From a virus, in the IMG/VR virus record IMGVR_UViG_3300029220_000004: a stretch of 64,000 bases of DNA; one strand, 5' to 3'. Numbering within the stretch: the stretch's first letter is position 1; each line of letters opens with the position of its first letter. The position numbers and the translations under genes are program-made. Of this stretch, positions 63,043-64,000 are shown in pieces. The notes below the pieces were generated by a model. That model was not told the DNA's origin and ran no database searches. It saw only the letters and a list, made by a program, of their open reading frames with translations.

Positions 63043-64000
63043 ATGCAAAAATTCACAGAAGGTTCGATTGAATGGTATCGGGCAATTTTAAATCAAATCA
63101 TTAATGGTGATATGACATTCTATCAAAACCAGAAAGATTGCCTTGATCTGCTGTTAAATATGAATATTGACCTTCCTTTCAATGATAATCCAGATGCACA
63201 GAACATGGCAATGAAAGTCAGCCGGTACGCTCACAATGAAGCTGCGAAACAGGCAGCAGTTACAGGAAGTGGCTCATTTGATGATTTGTACTGGCAGTAT
63301 TTGTTGTTGGAAGCACAGAACTATCAGGTTGACAGCGGGCTCCTTTACCTTGAAAAGAACCGAATCCCGAAAGAACGATTCTATGAACCACGAAGAAATG
63401 TGTTCTTACAGCATAACATCATAGGTTCACTGCAAGACCTGATGGATGACAAATTAGATATATTTGCATTAAGCGTACCTCCGGGTTGTGGAAAGAGTAC
63501 TCTGGAAGATTTCTTTTTATCATTGGTAGGTGGATGGTTCCCGAATGACTTTAACCTGTCTTCGGCACACAGTAGCATTCTGACACGTTCCCTTTATGAT
63601 GGTGTTCTGGAAATTATCAATGATCCCGTGGAATATACGTGGCATGAGATATTCCCTAACATAGAAATTCAAGGAACAAATGCAAAGGAAACTACAGTCA
63701 ATCTCGAAAGAAACGGACGATTTAAGACATGGACATTTCGTTCTATTGATGGTTCTTTGACTGGCGCCACTAGATGCAATAGATTTCTTACTGCCGATGA
63801 CCTTGTGTCTGGTATTGAAGAAGCTTTGAATAAGAACCGACTTGATACCTTATGGACAAAAGTGGTAAATGACTTGCGTTCCCGTAGACTTGAGGGATGC
63901 AAAGAGTTTTATATTGCCACTAGATGGTCAGTACATGATCCTATCGGAAAGCTGCAACAACTATATGCTGGAAACCCACGGGCAAGGTTTATTGCAGTAC
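63043..64000 (+). CDS. terL: terminase large subunit (5' part, runs off the window)
   Basis: Open from ATG 63043 to the end of the window. It is absent from the ORF track because it has no stop. Walker A VPPGCGKST and Walker B-like FLTADDLVSG. Confidence 0.8.
   Translation, partial: MQKFTEGSIEWYRAILNQIINGDMTFYQNQKDCLDLLLNMNIDLPFNDNPDAQNMAMKVSRYAHNEAAKQAAVTGSGSFDDLYWQYLLLEAQNYQVDSGLLYLEKNRIPKERFYEPRRNVFLQHNIIGSLQDLMDDKLDIFALSVPPGCGKSTLEDFFLSLVGGWFPNDFNLSSAHSSILTRSLYDGVLEIINDPVEYTWHEIFPNIEIQGTNAKETTVNLERNGRFKTWTFRSIDGSLTGATRCNRFLTADDLVSGIEEALNKNRLDTLWTKVVNDLRSRRLEGCKEFYIATRWSVHDPIGKLQQLYAGNPRARFIAV

Noticed and set aside
1-64000. Genome-wide stop-codon reassignment (TAA or TGA as sense)
   Set aside because: TAA, TGA and TAG each terminate many well-defined genes at the expected lengths, for example the major tail gene (TAA), TMP (TGA) and the holin-like gene (TAG). 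Only three internal stops were found.

Overview
This window is most of a temperate siphovirus-like phage or prophage of a low-GC Firmicutes (Clostridia-type) host. Almost all genes are on the + strand. Order: (1) 0.1-15.2 kb holds the tail and lysis genes: major tail protein, G/T tail chaperones with a canonical -1 frameshift site, a tape measure gene split by an ORF-less group I-like intron, a terminator-bounded 2.3 kb moron island, distal tail protein, a 1261-aa tail fibre with a C-terminal intramolecular chaperone domain, and an endolysin. (2) 15.3-18.5 kb holds accessory genes, including an orphan LytTR response regulator. (3) 18.4-20.4 kb holds a CI/Cro/antirepressor switch with four operator repeats. 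(4) 20-45 kb holds early, recombination and replication genes: Rad50/SbcC-like ATPase, RecT-like protein, SSBs, methyltransferase, replisome organiser and DnaC-like loader. This block also holds a complete diversity-generating retroelement at 28.0-30.8 kb (two tandem target genes with VRs, Avd, TR, RT). All 21 TR/VR mismatches fall on template adenines. (5) 45.2-56 kb is an island-like block: a large serine recombinase bracketed by 18-bp inverted repeats, extra regulators, a ~0.9 kb ORF-free repeat-rich tract, minus-strand cargo genes, an RHH operator array, a TerS-like gene and a resolvase. (6) 56.1-59.3 kb is a tRNA array (Gln, two CAT, Ser) mixed with several non-canonical tRNA-shaped RNAs and structured spacers. 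It surrounds a DUF2828/TROVE-like vWA protein, so it is a candidate Ro/Y-RNA-like module. (7) 59.3-64 kb holds small genes, a minimal KxDG ligase and the 5' part of terminase large subunit, which runs off the window. Three conserved genes carry a single in-frame stop codon (two TAA, one TGA). Three genes are broken at homopolymer runs, so assembly error must be excluded before calling decay or recoding. All calls rest on manual reading. RNA coordinates are +/- a few nt, and family names come from remembered motifs, not searches.
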